From: Takakia lepidozioides
Taxonomy: Eukaryota > Plantae > Bryophyta
Direction: 5' to 3'
DNA length: 64,000 nucleotides
NCBI GenBank assembly: GCA_030704615.1
Contig: CM060733.1
Coordinates: forward strand, 4,774,001 to 4,838,000
The position numbers and the translations under genes were made by a program. The notes below the pieces were generated by a model, which was not told where the DNA came from, made no database searches, and saw only the letters and a list, made by a program, of their open reading frames with translations. Below are positions 37,691-50,689 of this stretch, one piece after another (within the stretch, counting starts at the first letter, position 1; every line of letters starts with the position of its first letter).

Positions 37691-38219
37691 GATGAGGACA
37701 ATGTAAGGACTGAAGGCCCCAGAAGTATTGTCTTTAGAATGTCCTAATAAGATTAACAGACCCAAGATAAATTGACCTGAGATGACACGGAATAACGGGT
37801 GGCAAAACGAGGTTCAGGACTGATTAGTGACGAAGAAAATTGAGAAGAATCTTTAAGATAGTCCGAAAAGGCAGTAAATGAAATGTAACTCTGTACTTGA
37901 AGCCAGACTTACAGAAAACTACTAACGAGTAATGGGAGAAGATGCACAAGATTCAGAAGCAGTAAACCGCGAGAAAGCTTGTCCATTGAAGCAACAACTT
38001 TCACAAATTGCCAGTTTATACTCAGGACATTTTTTAGACCAATCATATTGAGCCCAACAATACGTCCATGTGGACCGAGAATGAAGGAGATGGGCGAATC
38101 TGTTGAGGAGAAGACACAGAGATGAGGTCCGGAAAAAAGCTGGTGGCTGGCAAAGAAGGCAGATTAATATTTGAAGACGTGAAGAGAAACAAATGGAGAG
38201 TGGAGGTAAAACATTAGTT

Positions 38220-41200
38220 TTATTCTTGAAAACATGCCGAGGAGTGAACCTCCACAATATGTTCTCCGCCCAAGGTTGCATTGTCTTCATTGTCTGACTG
38301 TTGATTGGCCTCATCCAAATTTGCTCGTGCTTTCTCCGCCTCCACCGCGGTAATTTTCTTAGAGCTATTACGTGTCGTGTTTTTTCTGGCGGACATTGTC
38401 CAAACAACAGAGTTAATGTGAATCCACTGAAGGGGATCATCTGGATTGAACTCCCAAACTTTGGACCAACAAGTTTAGTACCTGTCCAAATCAGAAGGGC
38501 TACCTCCTTTCTTGGGTCTCCACCATTCGACGTGAACCTTCTTAAAATTCCTGGATCCTCTTTCGCGGACCACATCCGATATTGCCATCCCCATCCAAAC
38601 TGAAAACGTCACAGTATCTGCTGGTCGAACCAAGACGAAGAATCCGTTCTCAATGTCCTTGAACGGATTTAGAGGTTGCTTCGGTCTATCACACCGGGGG
38701 CCAAAATACGGCTCCATGACTTCATCTTCTTCCGACAGATCATCCTCTGCAGGTGTATGGATTCCGGCTCTGTGGTGGTTGATAGCCCACTTGGTTGAGG
38801 GCCAAAAACCCTCTTTAAGCGCGATTGAATGTCGTGATTAGAATGGGAAGATCAAGTTCTGCAAGGATTGCTTCCCAGTATTGATCATACTGTATCATGA
38901 TGTCACGATAATGATCGTCAAGCAACATCCCCTTCTTCCATAACTCCCTGTATTTTTTAATTCCAGTTTTGATAAAAGACTGTTTATCAAATGAGTCATC
39001 TCCCACATCCCAAATTGGTGTTTTTTTTACAGCCCTGGGTTAAACTGCAACAGGCAACTTTGGAGATCCATCGGGATTCGACTTCCACATCTTCACCGCA
39101 CTTTTTTTGGGGAGCCACTCAGAATCAGTAACAAACTTCTTAAACTTCATGACAGGCCAACCATCTTCATCTACATAGAATCGAAATACATGCATTTTTG
39201 TTTGTCCAACTAAAGCCTCTTTTCCATCGAGAATGCAACCGTCCACATACGCCTTGAAATCTGGCACCTCTTGAATGATTTGAGGAATAAATTGTAGATC
39301 TTGAGAGATCATAAAAAACCGCATAAGATCGGAGAGAACGTAGGTGTTGTTTTGCTTTAGCTTCTTCGATAAATAACTGAAGAATCCGTCGATGTCCTCA
39401 TGGGTATGGCCAACCATTGAAATCCCATCTGAATCTCCTCAAACACTCCTCTCGCAGTTAGGAGCGATAGAAAAGCCAGCATCCACCTGTTTTTGTTTTC
39501 CTTTACGCAGTTGTCCAACTGCAGGTAAAGTCTTCGCGGAAGTGGGACATTTCTTTTTTTCTTCTCCTTATCGCCGAAAGGTTTCAGGACGTCGAGACAC
39601 TTCGATTTACCCTTCATGAGAGATTCGAAAAAAGAATTCTGAGGTGGGTGGTCAAAGATGTTACGACTTTCGCGGCAAGAGGGCTTCTCTAGTTGGTGGA
39701 GGCATCTTGCTAGAGAGCCAATCATGAAGTTCGGGTCTCCCGGCCAGAAGTCCAGAGAGTACTGTCCGTAGGCTCCGTCCCCGTGGCCGTGGGTGACCAT
39801 GCCGGTTAGCGATATTGGAAGCTAACCTAAGCCGGAGACCATCTTGTTCGTCGTCTACAACCTTGGAATAGCTGTATCCGATGATCCATCTTGTCATGAA
39901 TGATGCAGAGGAACTCGGACGGCATCATAGCTTACTCATTCCTCCAGCTGTGATAGAGTCTCCTGCAAGACTCCTGAAGCCTGAGGTGCTTATCAAGTGC
40001 TTTCTTGTGTGAGGCCTGCTCATCGTTACGTTTGACCGACTTCTTGATTAGGTCTTTGAGCATCTCATAGTCTGTGCATTTGCAAACGCTACCATCTTTT
40101 CAACCTCGACATTGGGAAAAATCCGTTGTCTGATCTGCTAACGGCTGCCTGGGAGATAGGCTTCAACCCACATATTTTTATTCGCCTGCAAGACAGGCAG
40201 GGGGAAAACCTCGCGCGATCACCTGAGCTTTATAGAGAGAGGTCTGATACATTGCGTGGAAGCAAAACAGGGAGTCCCAAAAATATAGAATCGGAAAGTG
40301 GTAAAAAGAAGAACTGACCTCATTACACTCCTCACGAATTTTTTTCCAGTTCAGTTCAGGTCGCAGAACTCGAAGAGTATCTCTCCTTCCGTCTCCAATA
40401 CACCGGGTCTTATGAGCCGAAAAGAGCGGGAATTTCCGTTTAAATAAAATCGCATTACGTTTCCTTCAGCTTGACGAGTTTGGTGGACGGGCCGTTTTAA
40501 CTCCGGATTCCCGTTCCAACGATGTAACCACACCCTCTTCTGCTCTTTTGTGTAGTTTTTTGTATTCCATGTAGGTTGAACGACCGATTCCGTGAATTGT
40601 CCACCAAGCTATCTATCTCAACACATCAACACCCTCAAGGTTATGTAGGCCTTTGTCGAAACACCCCGTCGATTTCGATGAAGTCTTTTGGGAACATCAA
40701 AACCGAGCTCTCTCCGTTCGTCGTAAGAGGATCCCCAATAAGCGGTCGGGTAGCGAGTGTTTTTTCTCCAGTCGAATATTTGGCAACACTGTAAATTGCA
40801 ACATTGTTTGCTGCTGATTTCTCGAACAACCTGCAGAGAGAGGCGAGTATTTGTCTTTTTGGAATCGTCTTTTTCGGATCTTTTTTTGGTCTGTTGAAAT
40901 GCCGGTATGTTGCTTTTTTCGCACCTTTCTCGTTGTGACCAATATCTGTTTGTTCCCGGCTATTGATGAAACTATGAAGCTCATGTGACAATGTCCGACC
41001 ACTATCAATCAACCGAGTCTACGTCAATGGCCAGTTCACGAGACACATGAGATTGGCCGAACCGCCATTCAAAAATTGTACGGGAGATGCCTCCATCTCG
41101 GGAAAACTCTCTGAAGAAGCACTTGCTCCAAGCAGTGGCCTTCCACTGCCTCAAGTAATCCTTCTAGAGTGTCCTTGGGCATGGTCATGGTAATTTTGTA

Positions 41201-41600
41201 ATGATGAAGTTGTTTCTCCAGCACCTTGTTTGCACGAGCTTCAATCTGCAGGGGTATATAAGCATGGGTTAGAGTCCATGCGTGGGAAGATATTCTCAAA
41301 ATTTCAAGCAAAGAAAGTCCTAAAAACTACCTGGCTCCAGTAGGTGGCTTTGTGCAACCATGTATCGAGAACTTGGTCGTTGCAGGGTTTGATGTGCCCA
41401 GTGTTCTCATCTCTTTTACCCCTAGAGAAGCAGTAGGTATCCTTGACGGTTGGGTCGGAATTCCCAATCTCCAACCATTTCACTTTCTGGTCTGCTTCTT
41501 CCGCTGCAGTTGACAACTGGTGAAGCTTTTCTTGTGTCATCTCCGGTTTGGTGTTATTGTTCCAGTGGATCCTCACCTGGTTAAGGAACTCGAGACCAAA
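38220..41600 (-). pseudogene. DDD transposase of the Sola1-like (DNCxxENKN / GHTHEDID) type, spliced and frameshifted
   Basis: LCIIHDKMDH (~39890), LYLQLDNCVKENKNRWMLAFL (~39500), VGHTHEDIDGFFSYLSKKL (~39400). N-terminal Cys-rich CCxxxCC and CxIAWWTIHGIGRSTY blocks. Introns 40186-40318 and ~41250-41330. Confidence 0.8.
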
Positions 41601-42829
41601 ATCAGGGTCAGTTATTGAGGAGCAGAATGACAGAAGAGAAACCCAGATGAAGTGGAGAGGCTCTCAATATTGAAAGGAGTACAAAGGGAAGAATGAACGT
41701 AAAACAGACAGTCCTGAAGATCAGCGAGCCAGAGCAACTGAGAGGGAAAAAATGGCATGCGTGCACAGGGCAGGCTCGTATACGGATTGTCAAACAGTAC
41801 AAGGTCAACGTGTTCACATTACAATTGTTCGTTTGGAGTGTCATGGATCGACAAATTGTCGCACTGGATATGCTCTTTCGTGTAATCTTGTGGCTATTAT
41901 GTGTCCTCCAGAGCATAAATTCAAGTAGGAGTCTGAAATCCTCCGAACATTAATGGGTCCATAAGTTATTGCGGCCAATGCGAATAACTAACTGATTCGA
42001 GATCTGGAATTTGACATCCAAAGCACCAGAGAAGCAGCAAATCCAATGTTGAATTAATGATACAAGATAAGGAATAGTCGGCGACGAAAGTGGCCGCCTC
42101 TTAAGGCCATTGTGATGAGCCAGTGGCCATCTATGGCAAGGTGACATTAAGTAGCGGCAATGAACGTGGGGCCGTAGATGAGGTGTAGGTAGAGAAAACA
42201 TGAGACCGATCAAATCCTAGATGCGCGTCCCGACACCTCATTATTGAACCTATGAATAATATTTTATCATTGGAAGAAATAAGAGCCTTCGCGGATGAAA
42301 CAGACGTATACTGGATGAGATGACTGCCCTAGTCGATGATTCAACTCCCCTCATGGATGAGCGCCATCACAGGAACCCGCAATAATTCCAGGGTGTTCAC
42401 TTTATGAAGGCGTCAGATTGCCGTGCCGTAACGCTCTGGACAAACTAGTGGAGTCCATTCATTACTGACAATCATGTCACATCATTGATTGTACCTGCAT
42501 AAATTTAGGGGTCGTCAGCGAATCGTTGGGAAACATCCCGCCTTTCATTCATCCATGCATTGAGGCCACAAACCGTAGGATGCGACATAACGCCGACGGT
42601 TGAGATCACAGGTGGTAAGGCATATAAGGAGGAGTGACCGAAAGGAGTCTCCTTTTGCATTCATTTGATACACGCGGAAGCCCTGTTCAATTTTGGACTC
42701 AAGGAAGAGGTGCGAGAGAGAGCGGCTGAGCGAGAGAGGCAGAGATGTGCAGATAGGACATGTTCATGACCGGTTGAGTGTCAGTTTGTCAGCACGGAGG
42801 TGCCACTAGTTGCTGGGGAAAGTGCCGGT

Positions 42830-44310
42830 ATGAGCACTAGCGATACTAGCGGGTATACGAGACGAGGTGTGCGGTTTAGGCCACCTTCACCTCCTGTGTC
42901 TTCTACGGAAGGTTCTAATTCGGATTGTGAATCAGGAGGACTCGCACCGGCGGTGCAAGTTGTTTCCTTGCCATTGTTGTGGGACACAATGGAGGAGATG
43001 TATGGAGCCACCAAGGGGCCACGAAGGTACTCTGGGGCGGTGGGCACCATCGAGTTGGATGACTTTATCCAAGAGTTTGATAGTTGGTGTGACTTGCAGC
43101 AAATGCGCAATCCACAATTGTTTACGCCTTTTTATGGCATGGAAGGGGCTGTTTCAGCACCTTGAGGGACCGCCCATGGATGATTACCATGAGTTTAGGC
43201 GGGGGCACGATGCTGAGATCAAGGAGTGGAGGATGTACTGGTCACCCGACTATGTCTCCATCATTAGAGGCACTAGAGGCACAAGAGCAGCAGCTACACC
43301 GGCAGCTGCACCAGTAGCAGCAGCTTCCACGAGCAGTAGTGGGACTAGTGGTACAGCAACTACGACGTCCACCCAAGCTACTGTTGCACCAGCACCATGT
43401 GGCCATGCCTGCCTTCAACCCTGTTGTGGAGTTCTTCGAAGAGTTGAGAAGGAACTACCAAGGGGTGAGGACAGAGAAGTTGAGGAGCTTGCAAGAGTTC
43501 CAACGGAAGCCTACTGAGAGTTTGAGGGAGGCTTTCACTCGCATAAGGCGCTTGATAAATGTAACCCAAGGGGTTACGGAGGCTCAGGCAGTCCAATTCT
43601 GGTACGGGATATTGGACAAGGAGCTGAGGAGAAGGGTGCGGGATGCAACTCTCTTACAAGCGGTCCAACCCACCTTAGCAAATGTGTTTTTGCTGGCAGA
43701 GTGGATAGAGCTCAACATGGTGGAGGAACGAGTGGACATGGTGGGATTTGCTAAGGAGGCACCACGGGGTAGTGGTGCTCCTAGCCAGCCACGACCTCAA
43801 CGTGCTCAAGGCAACAAAGGGGCTCAGGTGAAGCCCAGGGAAGGGCAGAGAGGACCTCAGATATAGGGGTCTCTCCCTTCATTTGCTAGCCAACAACGGG
43901 CGGATGTGGTGTGCTGGACATGTGGAGGACCCCATGTCAAGAAGGATTGCCCAGAGGGAGGCAATGGTGTGGCACCGGCACAGCCTGCACAGTTGGAGTG
44001 TGGGCATTGTGGCAAGTACGGGCATGGAGAGGCCCAGTGCTATGGTTTGCATCCTGAGTTGTGCCCAGGCCAGTTCCAAGGGAACAATGGTGGCCGGGGG
44101 CGAGGTGGAGCAGCCCAGAGAGGACGAGGTGGCCAGGCACGAGGTGCATGCCAAAGGCAAGCTCAACATGGCCACAGCTCAGGTGGTACCGGCTCCAAGG
44201 CCGGATGGTCCACCCCTGCTCCTGAGGGAGTAGACATAGGAGGCATGGGATTCATGTGCGGGGCAGCACTACCACTACCACTATGGGTGGGGCACCACTA
44301 CCACTGGTGA
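42830..44310 (+). pseudogene. Gag with two zinc knuckles
   Basis: LDDFIQEFDSWCD; FQRKPTESLREAFTRI; CWTCGGPHVKKDC and CGHCGKYGHGEAQC. Several frameshifts. Confidence 0.85.
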
Positions 44311-44986
44311 GGGGTGCCACAACCACTACCACTGTGGGTGGGGCAGCACTACCACTGTGCAAGTGGAGTCAGCAGCGGCAGTGACTCGAGGAGCGGCACG
44401 AATTCTTGAGCCACGGGGTGTAGAGGTGGAGGTGGATCCACAACGTGGGGAGGCAAGCCGTCAGGCCAGGCTTCCTCAGTCATTCACATTGGCGGAGACA
44501 GTGTCGACGCCATCCATGGCACCTAGTTCTCGCCCGATTGTTACCGAGGCGGAGATTACTATGCCATTGGGGAGAGCTACACGGGCAGCACCACTACCTA
44601 GTGTTGCTAAGGCTACGACAGCTAGTGTGCTGCTGGGGGCGGCCACATCTGTGTGTCAGGCTCCATTGTTCTCGGCTACCATGATTGCGACGCCGGGGGC
44701 AAGACTAGCTAAGGTGTTCAGGCTGGCAACGACGCTCTGTGAGAGTGGGGTGGTTACTTCATCTTTTGCGGAGATAGTGGGAGGTGTAGTGCCGGAGGGA
44801 TTCTCGGATGTGAGGGTCAAGACTGCCACGGCGGCGCCATGGCAAGCTGCAGCTGCCAGGTTGATGGAGCTGCCAGCTAGGCCAGCCATTGAGCGCGCCA
44901 TGGTGACACCTGGAGTTGTCATGTTAGACAACCAGGATGACATTTTCTGTTTGAGTGGACCGGCAGGCAAGAGGTACCGGCCACTG

Positions 44987-45300
44987 CGGGTCTTGTTGGA
45001 CTCGGGAGTTCAGCCATGATGCTGGGCAGAGCTGTTATTGCGGGCTTGGGCCTCACGGAGGCGGATATGGAGCCGTGCCCTTTCCAGATACAGACATCTC
45101 TGGGAGGATCAGAGCAGGCTCGGGGCATGACACTGCGTGAGCTGGCTATCAGACTACAGCCGGATCATCCTACAGATGGCTCAGTGATGAGAGCCAAGGC
45201 CATTGTGACAGACGCGGTCTCGTACGATGTCCTTGTTGGTGGGGGCAGTGTTGTACCCCATGGGCTTCACCCTGGATTTTTGGGAGAAGTCAGCTTCCTA
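44987..45300 (+). pseudogene. Aspartic protease domain
   Basis: VLLDSG active site, followed after frameshifts by YDVLVG. Confidence 0.8.
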
Positions 45301-45712
45301 TAGGCCTGGATGGCAGTCAGGGGAGGGCCGGCGTTTGCAGCTCCCTGTGACGTTCATAGGAGGAGTTGCGGTTGCCCAACGAAGCAAGATGCCGACACTG
45401 GCAGCATTCACAGCTGCAGTGAGTTGGCCTGGAGAGTTGCTTGAGGGCAACGCTCATTCAGAGGATGTGTCACCTCCGGGAGAGCAGGATGACATGTATG
45501 GTATGGCGGAGTTGCCTGCCATGGTTGCTCACACTCCATTGTGGGGCTCGAGCAAGGATTTGCAGCGGGTTGCAGATCGACATGTGCAACAAGCCTGGGA
45601 AGAGGCTTTTATACCGTCAGGAAAGGATGACAGTGCGGGGATTGCACCAGGACCACCTCAGTTGTCACCATTGGACACCACACCGATCGTGTGGCAGTGT
45701 CCAAATGAAGGC

Positions 45713-46660
45713 ATTTGCCTTCTGGACTTGTTTGGCGGGATCAGCACCGGATTGGCTGTTGTTCTACATGTAGGTATACGAGTTCGGCATTACTTGTATG
45801 TGGAGAGGGATGAGACTGCACGACGCATCGCACTCCGTCATGTTGCTCAGTTGGTGGAGCACTACCCTGAGTTGTTGCCGGTGTCTGCGGTTCGTGGATA
45901 TCAGCAGGCCTTGCCAGCAGACATTTCTTTGCTGGGGGCGCAAGATTTAGAGCGGGTTGGCTCCATTGATTTGGTAGTGGCAGGTTGGCCCTGCCAAGGG
46001 CATTCATCAGCCGGGCATGGCAATGGATTGCGAGACTCGAGGTCGGGTCTGTTTTGGGAGATGGTGCGGGTTTTGCGCCACTTACAGCTTCATTAAGGTG
46101 TATCTCCAGCATACATCTTGGAGAATGTGCCACTGATGGGCGATTCTCAGGCCAGGATGATGGCCAGTGTGCATCAAGTCTGGTCATGGCTTGGGTCAGC
46201 AGTGTTGCTGGATGCAGCTGCAGTGGGGTCACGGGCTCATCGTCCACGGTTATGGTGGACTAACTTGATGCCACCCGCACTGCTCAAGCGTGCATTTGAT
46301 GGGGTGCAACGGCCAATACACCTCACAGTGGATAGCATTTTGGACACAGGCAGGCAGTATCAACGTGTGAGACACGATGACCGTTCGCCTTTGGCAGTGG
46401 TCAACAAGGTGGGTCAACCACGAGCAGAACTACCTACACTGCTCAGCTCCCCAGGATTGCATGTTTTCCGGGATAGTGGACCTGGCCTCCTGTGGATGCT
46501 CAGTTGCAGCAGTTAGTGGAGCCTAATGTTGACGAGCGAGAGCGGGCTATGGGTTTTTCCACTGGGACCACGGCGGTGCCTTCTCTTTCTGAGGCATCAC
46601 GTCGTCAGGTATTGGGGCAAGCAATGGATCTAAATTGCTTGACCTGGATTATCAGCTTGG
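45713..46660 (+). pseudogene. DNMT3-like C5-cytosine DNA methyltransferase domain inside pol
   Basis: Motif I LDLFGG, II YVERD, III ADIS, IV LVVAGWPCQG, VI YILENV, VIII AHRPRLWWTN, IX/X ERAMGF..T..RRQVLGQAMD. One in-frame TAA (46094) and one frameshift (~46495). Confidence 0.93.
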
Positions 46661-47164
46661 CTATGGCTGAGCAACGTAGAGTGCGGAGTGCACTTCCCTT
46701 GACGGTCTCTCTGCCTACCGAGACGGTACAGGCAGTGAGTGGGGGCGAGCCGGTAAGGACCACGGGGTGTAGACATCCATGGCACATGTGGGAGGTGCTC
46801 GAGGTTCAGAGGGAGTTGGCAGCCAAGGCGGCTGTGATGGCTGAGGTTAGGGATTCTTCTCGGGTTGAGGAGGTCCTCAAGGATGAGATGATGGGGCAGG
46901 ATGAGGCCTTGTCATTGACTGAGCAGGCAGGGAGTACTGCTCAAGAGGTTGCGGCATAGCAACCACGAGACGCGTCTCCTACCTCTAAGTCTGCTGGACT
47001 TAAGGTTGCAGTTACGGAGGATAATTGGGAGCCTGACATTGGACCCATTGTCGCTGGAGGAGAGAGATGACGTATACGGCGGTTCTTGAGGGCTTACAGA
47101 GAATTGCTTTGCCTTCAGTTTGAAGGATTTGGGAGCACTGAAGGGTTAGGAGATTTGTATTGAG

Positions 47165-48400
47165 TTGGCTACGGACACGCCAATCTTTCGGAGACCCTAT
47201 AGATACAGTGACATGGAGAGGTCTTTGATTCAGATGAGGACTCAAGATCTCTGGGAGGCTGGTTTGGTGGAGCTCTCTGATGGAGAGTATGCTTCAACCA
47301 CGGTGATGCCAGCCAAGAAGGATGTCTATGGCAATTGGACGGAGAGACGTATGTGCGGTGACTACCGGCCTGTAAATCGTCAGACCAAGTCCGATAAGTA
47401 TGCCATGCCCACACCTGAGGAGATCTTTGATGCCATTGGGTATGCCAAGGTCTTTAGCACTTTGGACTTGCGGTCCGGATATCACCAGTTGCCGATCAAG
47501 GAGGCGGACAAGCAGAAGACGGCATTCTGGGGGATCAATGAGCACGGGAAGGATTGCATATATCAGTGGCGATTCTTACCATTCGGGCTTAAGAACGCTC
47601 ATGCAGAGTTCCAAAGAGTTATGGATAAGATTCTAGCAGGGGTAGACTTTTCTCGGTGCTACATAGATGACATCATTATCTTTAGTGCTACGGTGGAGGA
47701 GCACGAGAGACATCTTCAGGTAGTGTTTGAGCGTTTGAGAGCGCACAGATTGAAATTACATCCAGGGAAGTGCAAGTTCTTCCACAACCAGATTGAGTAT
47801 CTAGGCCACATGATATATCCTGGAGGATTGGGGGTGCAGCAGACTAAGGTAGAGGCCATCGCACAGATTCCACGTCCCACGGATGTAAGCCGAGTTCGAG
47901 CTTTCATGGGGTTGGCAAACTACTATAGATGGTTTGTCAAGGGATTTAATGCTATTGCAAAAGCTCTAACCAAGCTGACCAAGGTAGACCAGGAGTGGTA
48001 GCGGGAAGATGAGCAAGAGCGAGCTTTTCAGGAGCTCAAGGCGAGGTTGACCTCGGCGCCGATCTTGAGACGACCTATCAGGGGGCGTCTCTTTCAGGTG
48101 CATACAGATTGGAGCATGTTGGGACTTGGAGTGGTGCTCACATAGGTGGATGATGAGGGAAGAGAGTTCGTAATGGCTTATGCTAGCCACTCAAACAATG
48201 CTGCAGAGTCTAAGTATAGCTCATATGAGGGGGAGTGCTTAGCTGCAGTGTGGGCCGTGGCACACTTTAGGTGCTATCTATACGGCAATCTCTTCACCCT
48301 TGTCACGAATCACCAGCCACTCAAGTGGTTGATGGAGTCAGACAAGCTTACGGGGAAGCTTGCATGGTGGGCTCTGATACTCCAGGAGTATGACTTTTAG
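47165..48400 (+). pseudogene. Reverse transcriptase and RNase H
   Basis: RMCGDYRPVN, FSTLDLRSGYHQ, LPFGLKNA, CYIDDIII, YLGH; RNase H HTDWS..GLGVVL, YSSYEGECLAAVWAV, TNHQPL. In-frame TAG codons. Confidence 0.95.
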
Positions 48401-48829
48401 GTTGTGCATCGACCGGGTTTGGTCAATAGGGATGAGGATGGATTGAGTCGCAATCCATGCACGAGCCAGCAGGATGACACTGGAGCTCGGTGGCATGGTG
48501 AGACGGACGAGGAGATGGTGTCGGGATGGCATGCATCTGCCTTTTTGTGTATCTTGGCATCGGGAGGTCAGGTTGGATCTACAACAGGGATGACTGTAGA
48601 TGGAGTGTCTGAGGACCCTGAGGCTAGTGATGAGTCAGGTGGTGCCAGAGATATACATGAGGATTCGGTTGTGTTGGACTACCTCCGCACTGGAGACACG
48701 GCAGCTAGTGTGACTGCCAAGGAGAGGGATTGGATCCTACAACGAGCCAAGAGGTTCAAGTGGGAGGAGACACACTTGCTTCGAGTGTGGGAGGATGGTC
48801 GGGTGAGGATTGTGCCTCACCCAACACAG

Positions 48830-50080
48830 CGTGCATGGTTAGTGCGGCATGCCCATGAGGAGTTGGGGCATTTTGGAGTGCGACGCACTCATAGTTTACT
48901 GCAGGGGCAGTATTGGTGGCGTGGTATGCACACAGAGGTGCAACAGTTCGTGGCTAGGTGCATGGTGTATGACAGGGTGCATGCTTCATTCAACGCCCCT
49001 ACACCACAGTTGCATCCATTACCCATCATGGGATTGGGCAACAGGTGGAGTCTTGACTTCGCAGGGCCGTTGCCAGTGCCGATGCGCCACCACAAATATG
49101 TGTTGGTGATGGTGGAGCACTTCTCCAAGTGGATTGAGTTGGTTCCATTGTCTGACAAGGCTACTGAGAGGGCTTGCGTATACATTCCTGGATCGTGTGC
49201 TTAGCCGATTCGGTGCTCCAGTTGAGGTACTCACGGACCAAATGAGAGAGTTCTTGGGGGAGTTTCAGGCTTTGTGTGATAAAGCCTTGATAGACCACCG
49301 TACCACTTTTTGGGATCATCCTGAGGCCGATGGCTTGGCAGAGAGAGTGGTTCAGACAGTGAAGAGGGGTTTGCGCAAGTATGGCTTGCAAAAGGGACAC
49401 CTAGGAGATTGGGATCTTCAGGTACTTTGGTTAGCCATGGGCTACAGGTTTAGCAAGCAGACATCACTTGCCTCCTTCTCACCATATTTCCTTCTCTTTG
49501 GTCGAGAGCCGGATTTGCCTGCATCTATTTGCAGGGAGGCTGCAGTAGTCCTCAACCTTGATGATCCGGATGTGTGGACACAAGCATGTGCCCAACGGGC
49601 AGAGTTGTTCAAGAGAATCATGCCTATGGCTTTCGAGAATCTTGCTATTGCCCAACATCGAGACACATTGAGGTATGCCACTATACGTGGAGGGGGATAT
49701 CGGCCAGGTGTTCGGCGTTTCCACCCTGGGGACTATGTGTATCTGCAGCAGACAGCGCCTACGACCTTGGATGTCACAGCAGGACGTGTGATTCTAAGGG
49801 TCAAGGAGGTGTTGCCTTCAGGAGTGTTGATTCAAGAGGGTCGAGATGGCATGGTATGGAAGGACCATGTGCGTAATTGTGCGCCATGTCACCTCCCACA
49901 TGTGGATGGGAGGATAGATCCCAACCTTGCAGTGGTACCTGCAAGATTGCGTTGCATGCTATATGGGCATGGTCGTGGTGCCGCCACTATGTTGGTGTGT
50001 GATCGATGCTCAAGAGGTTGGCACATTGGATGCTTGACACCACCTCTTGAGAGGGTTCCTGATGGAGATTGGTCAAGATC
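48830..50080 (+). pseudogene. Integrase (HHCC + DDE) followed by a PHD finger
   Basis: HEELGHFG..CMV(Y/C); SLDFAG, LTDQ, ERVVQTVK; PHD CML(Y)..MLVCDRCSRGWHIGCLTPPLERVPDGDW. Confidence 0.92.
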
Positions 50081-50267
50081 TCATACTCAAGTTCACAGGT
50101 TGCAAGATGACGACTAACGATGGGGCAACTCTTGTACCCGGCCTCTTGATCTATTGAGTTTGAGTGTAATAGGGACAGAGGTGGAGGACGTAGTGAGGCT
50201 ATGGCCACTATCACATCTTGTGGCTACCTGGACCTAGAGGGACCTAAGCGCCAGCTAGGGGGGCGAT

Positions 50268-50480
50268 TGTGATGGACTAGTGGCTGCACTAGTGGTGACT
50301 AGTGGCAGCCTAGTGGTGGACTAGTGGCTGCACTAACGGTAGCTGGTGGCAGCCTAGTAGTTGGACTAGTGGCTGCACTAGTGGTGGACTAGTGGTTGCA
50401 CTAGTGGCAGGACTAGCGGTGCACTAGTGGTGGATTAGTGATAGACTAGTGTTTGGTGTACACATGTGTTGTGTGGTTTT
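50268..50480 (+). repeat. Start of putative 3' LTR, made of CTAGTGG short repeats
   Basis: Begins TGTGAT immediately after the purine tract; about 15 ctagtgg(c/t) units. Confidence 0.65.
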
Positions 50481-50689
50481 GGACAGCGATGTAGTTGTGT
50501 AGCGATAAGTATGTGCACGACACCATGATCTGCATTACGTGCCTTTCGAAGTAGGGATTCCTAGTGATTTCGTAAGCCGTAGAGAAACTTCGCGCGATCG
50601 CTCGTGTTTATTTCAGTGATAGTATTGCGGAACATGGTTTAGTTAGGACTTGGAGCAAGGTCAGTAAGCACTTTCATCAAGGGAATGAT

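Larger units (their letters stand above)
42570..50480 (+). mobile_element. Ty3/Gypsy LTR retrotransposon with order gag-PR-DNMT-RT-RNaseH-INT-PHD; degenerate, no matching LTR pair found
   Basis: Domain order below. Purine tract AGGGGGG then TGTGAT at 50268; complementary ATCACA at 42605-42610 just upstream of the internal region. Confidence 0.92.

Noticed and set aside
42000-42610. Complete 5' LTR and tRNA-Met PBS of the Gypsy element
   Set aside because: No copy of the CTAGTGG-rich sequence at 50268 is found upstream. Only ATCACA at 42605-42610 hints at an LTR end, and the following GGTGGTAAGG is not the canonical TGGTATCAGAGC.
45713-46660. Host DNMT3/DRM gene or bacterial restriction-modification contamination
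   Set aside because: Intronless and continuous with retrotransposon pol; its C-terminal part is also present in the second element copy.
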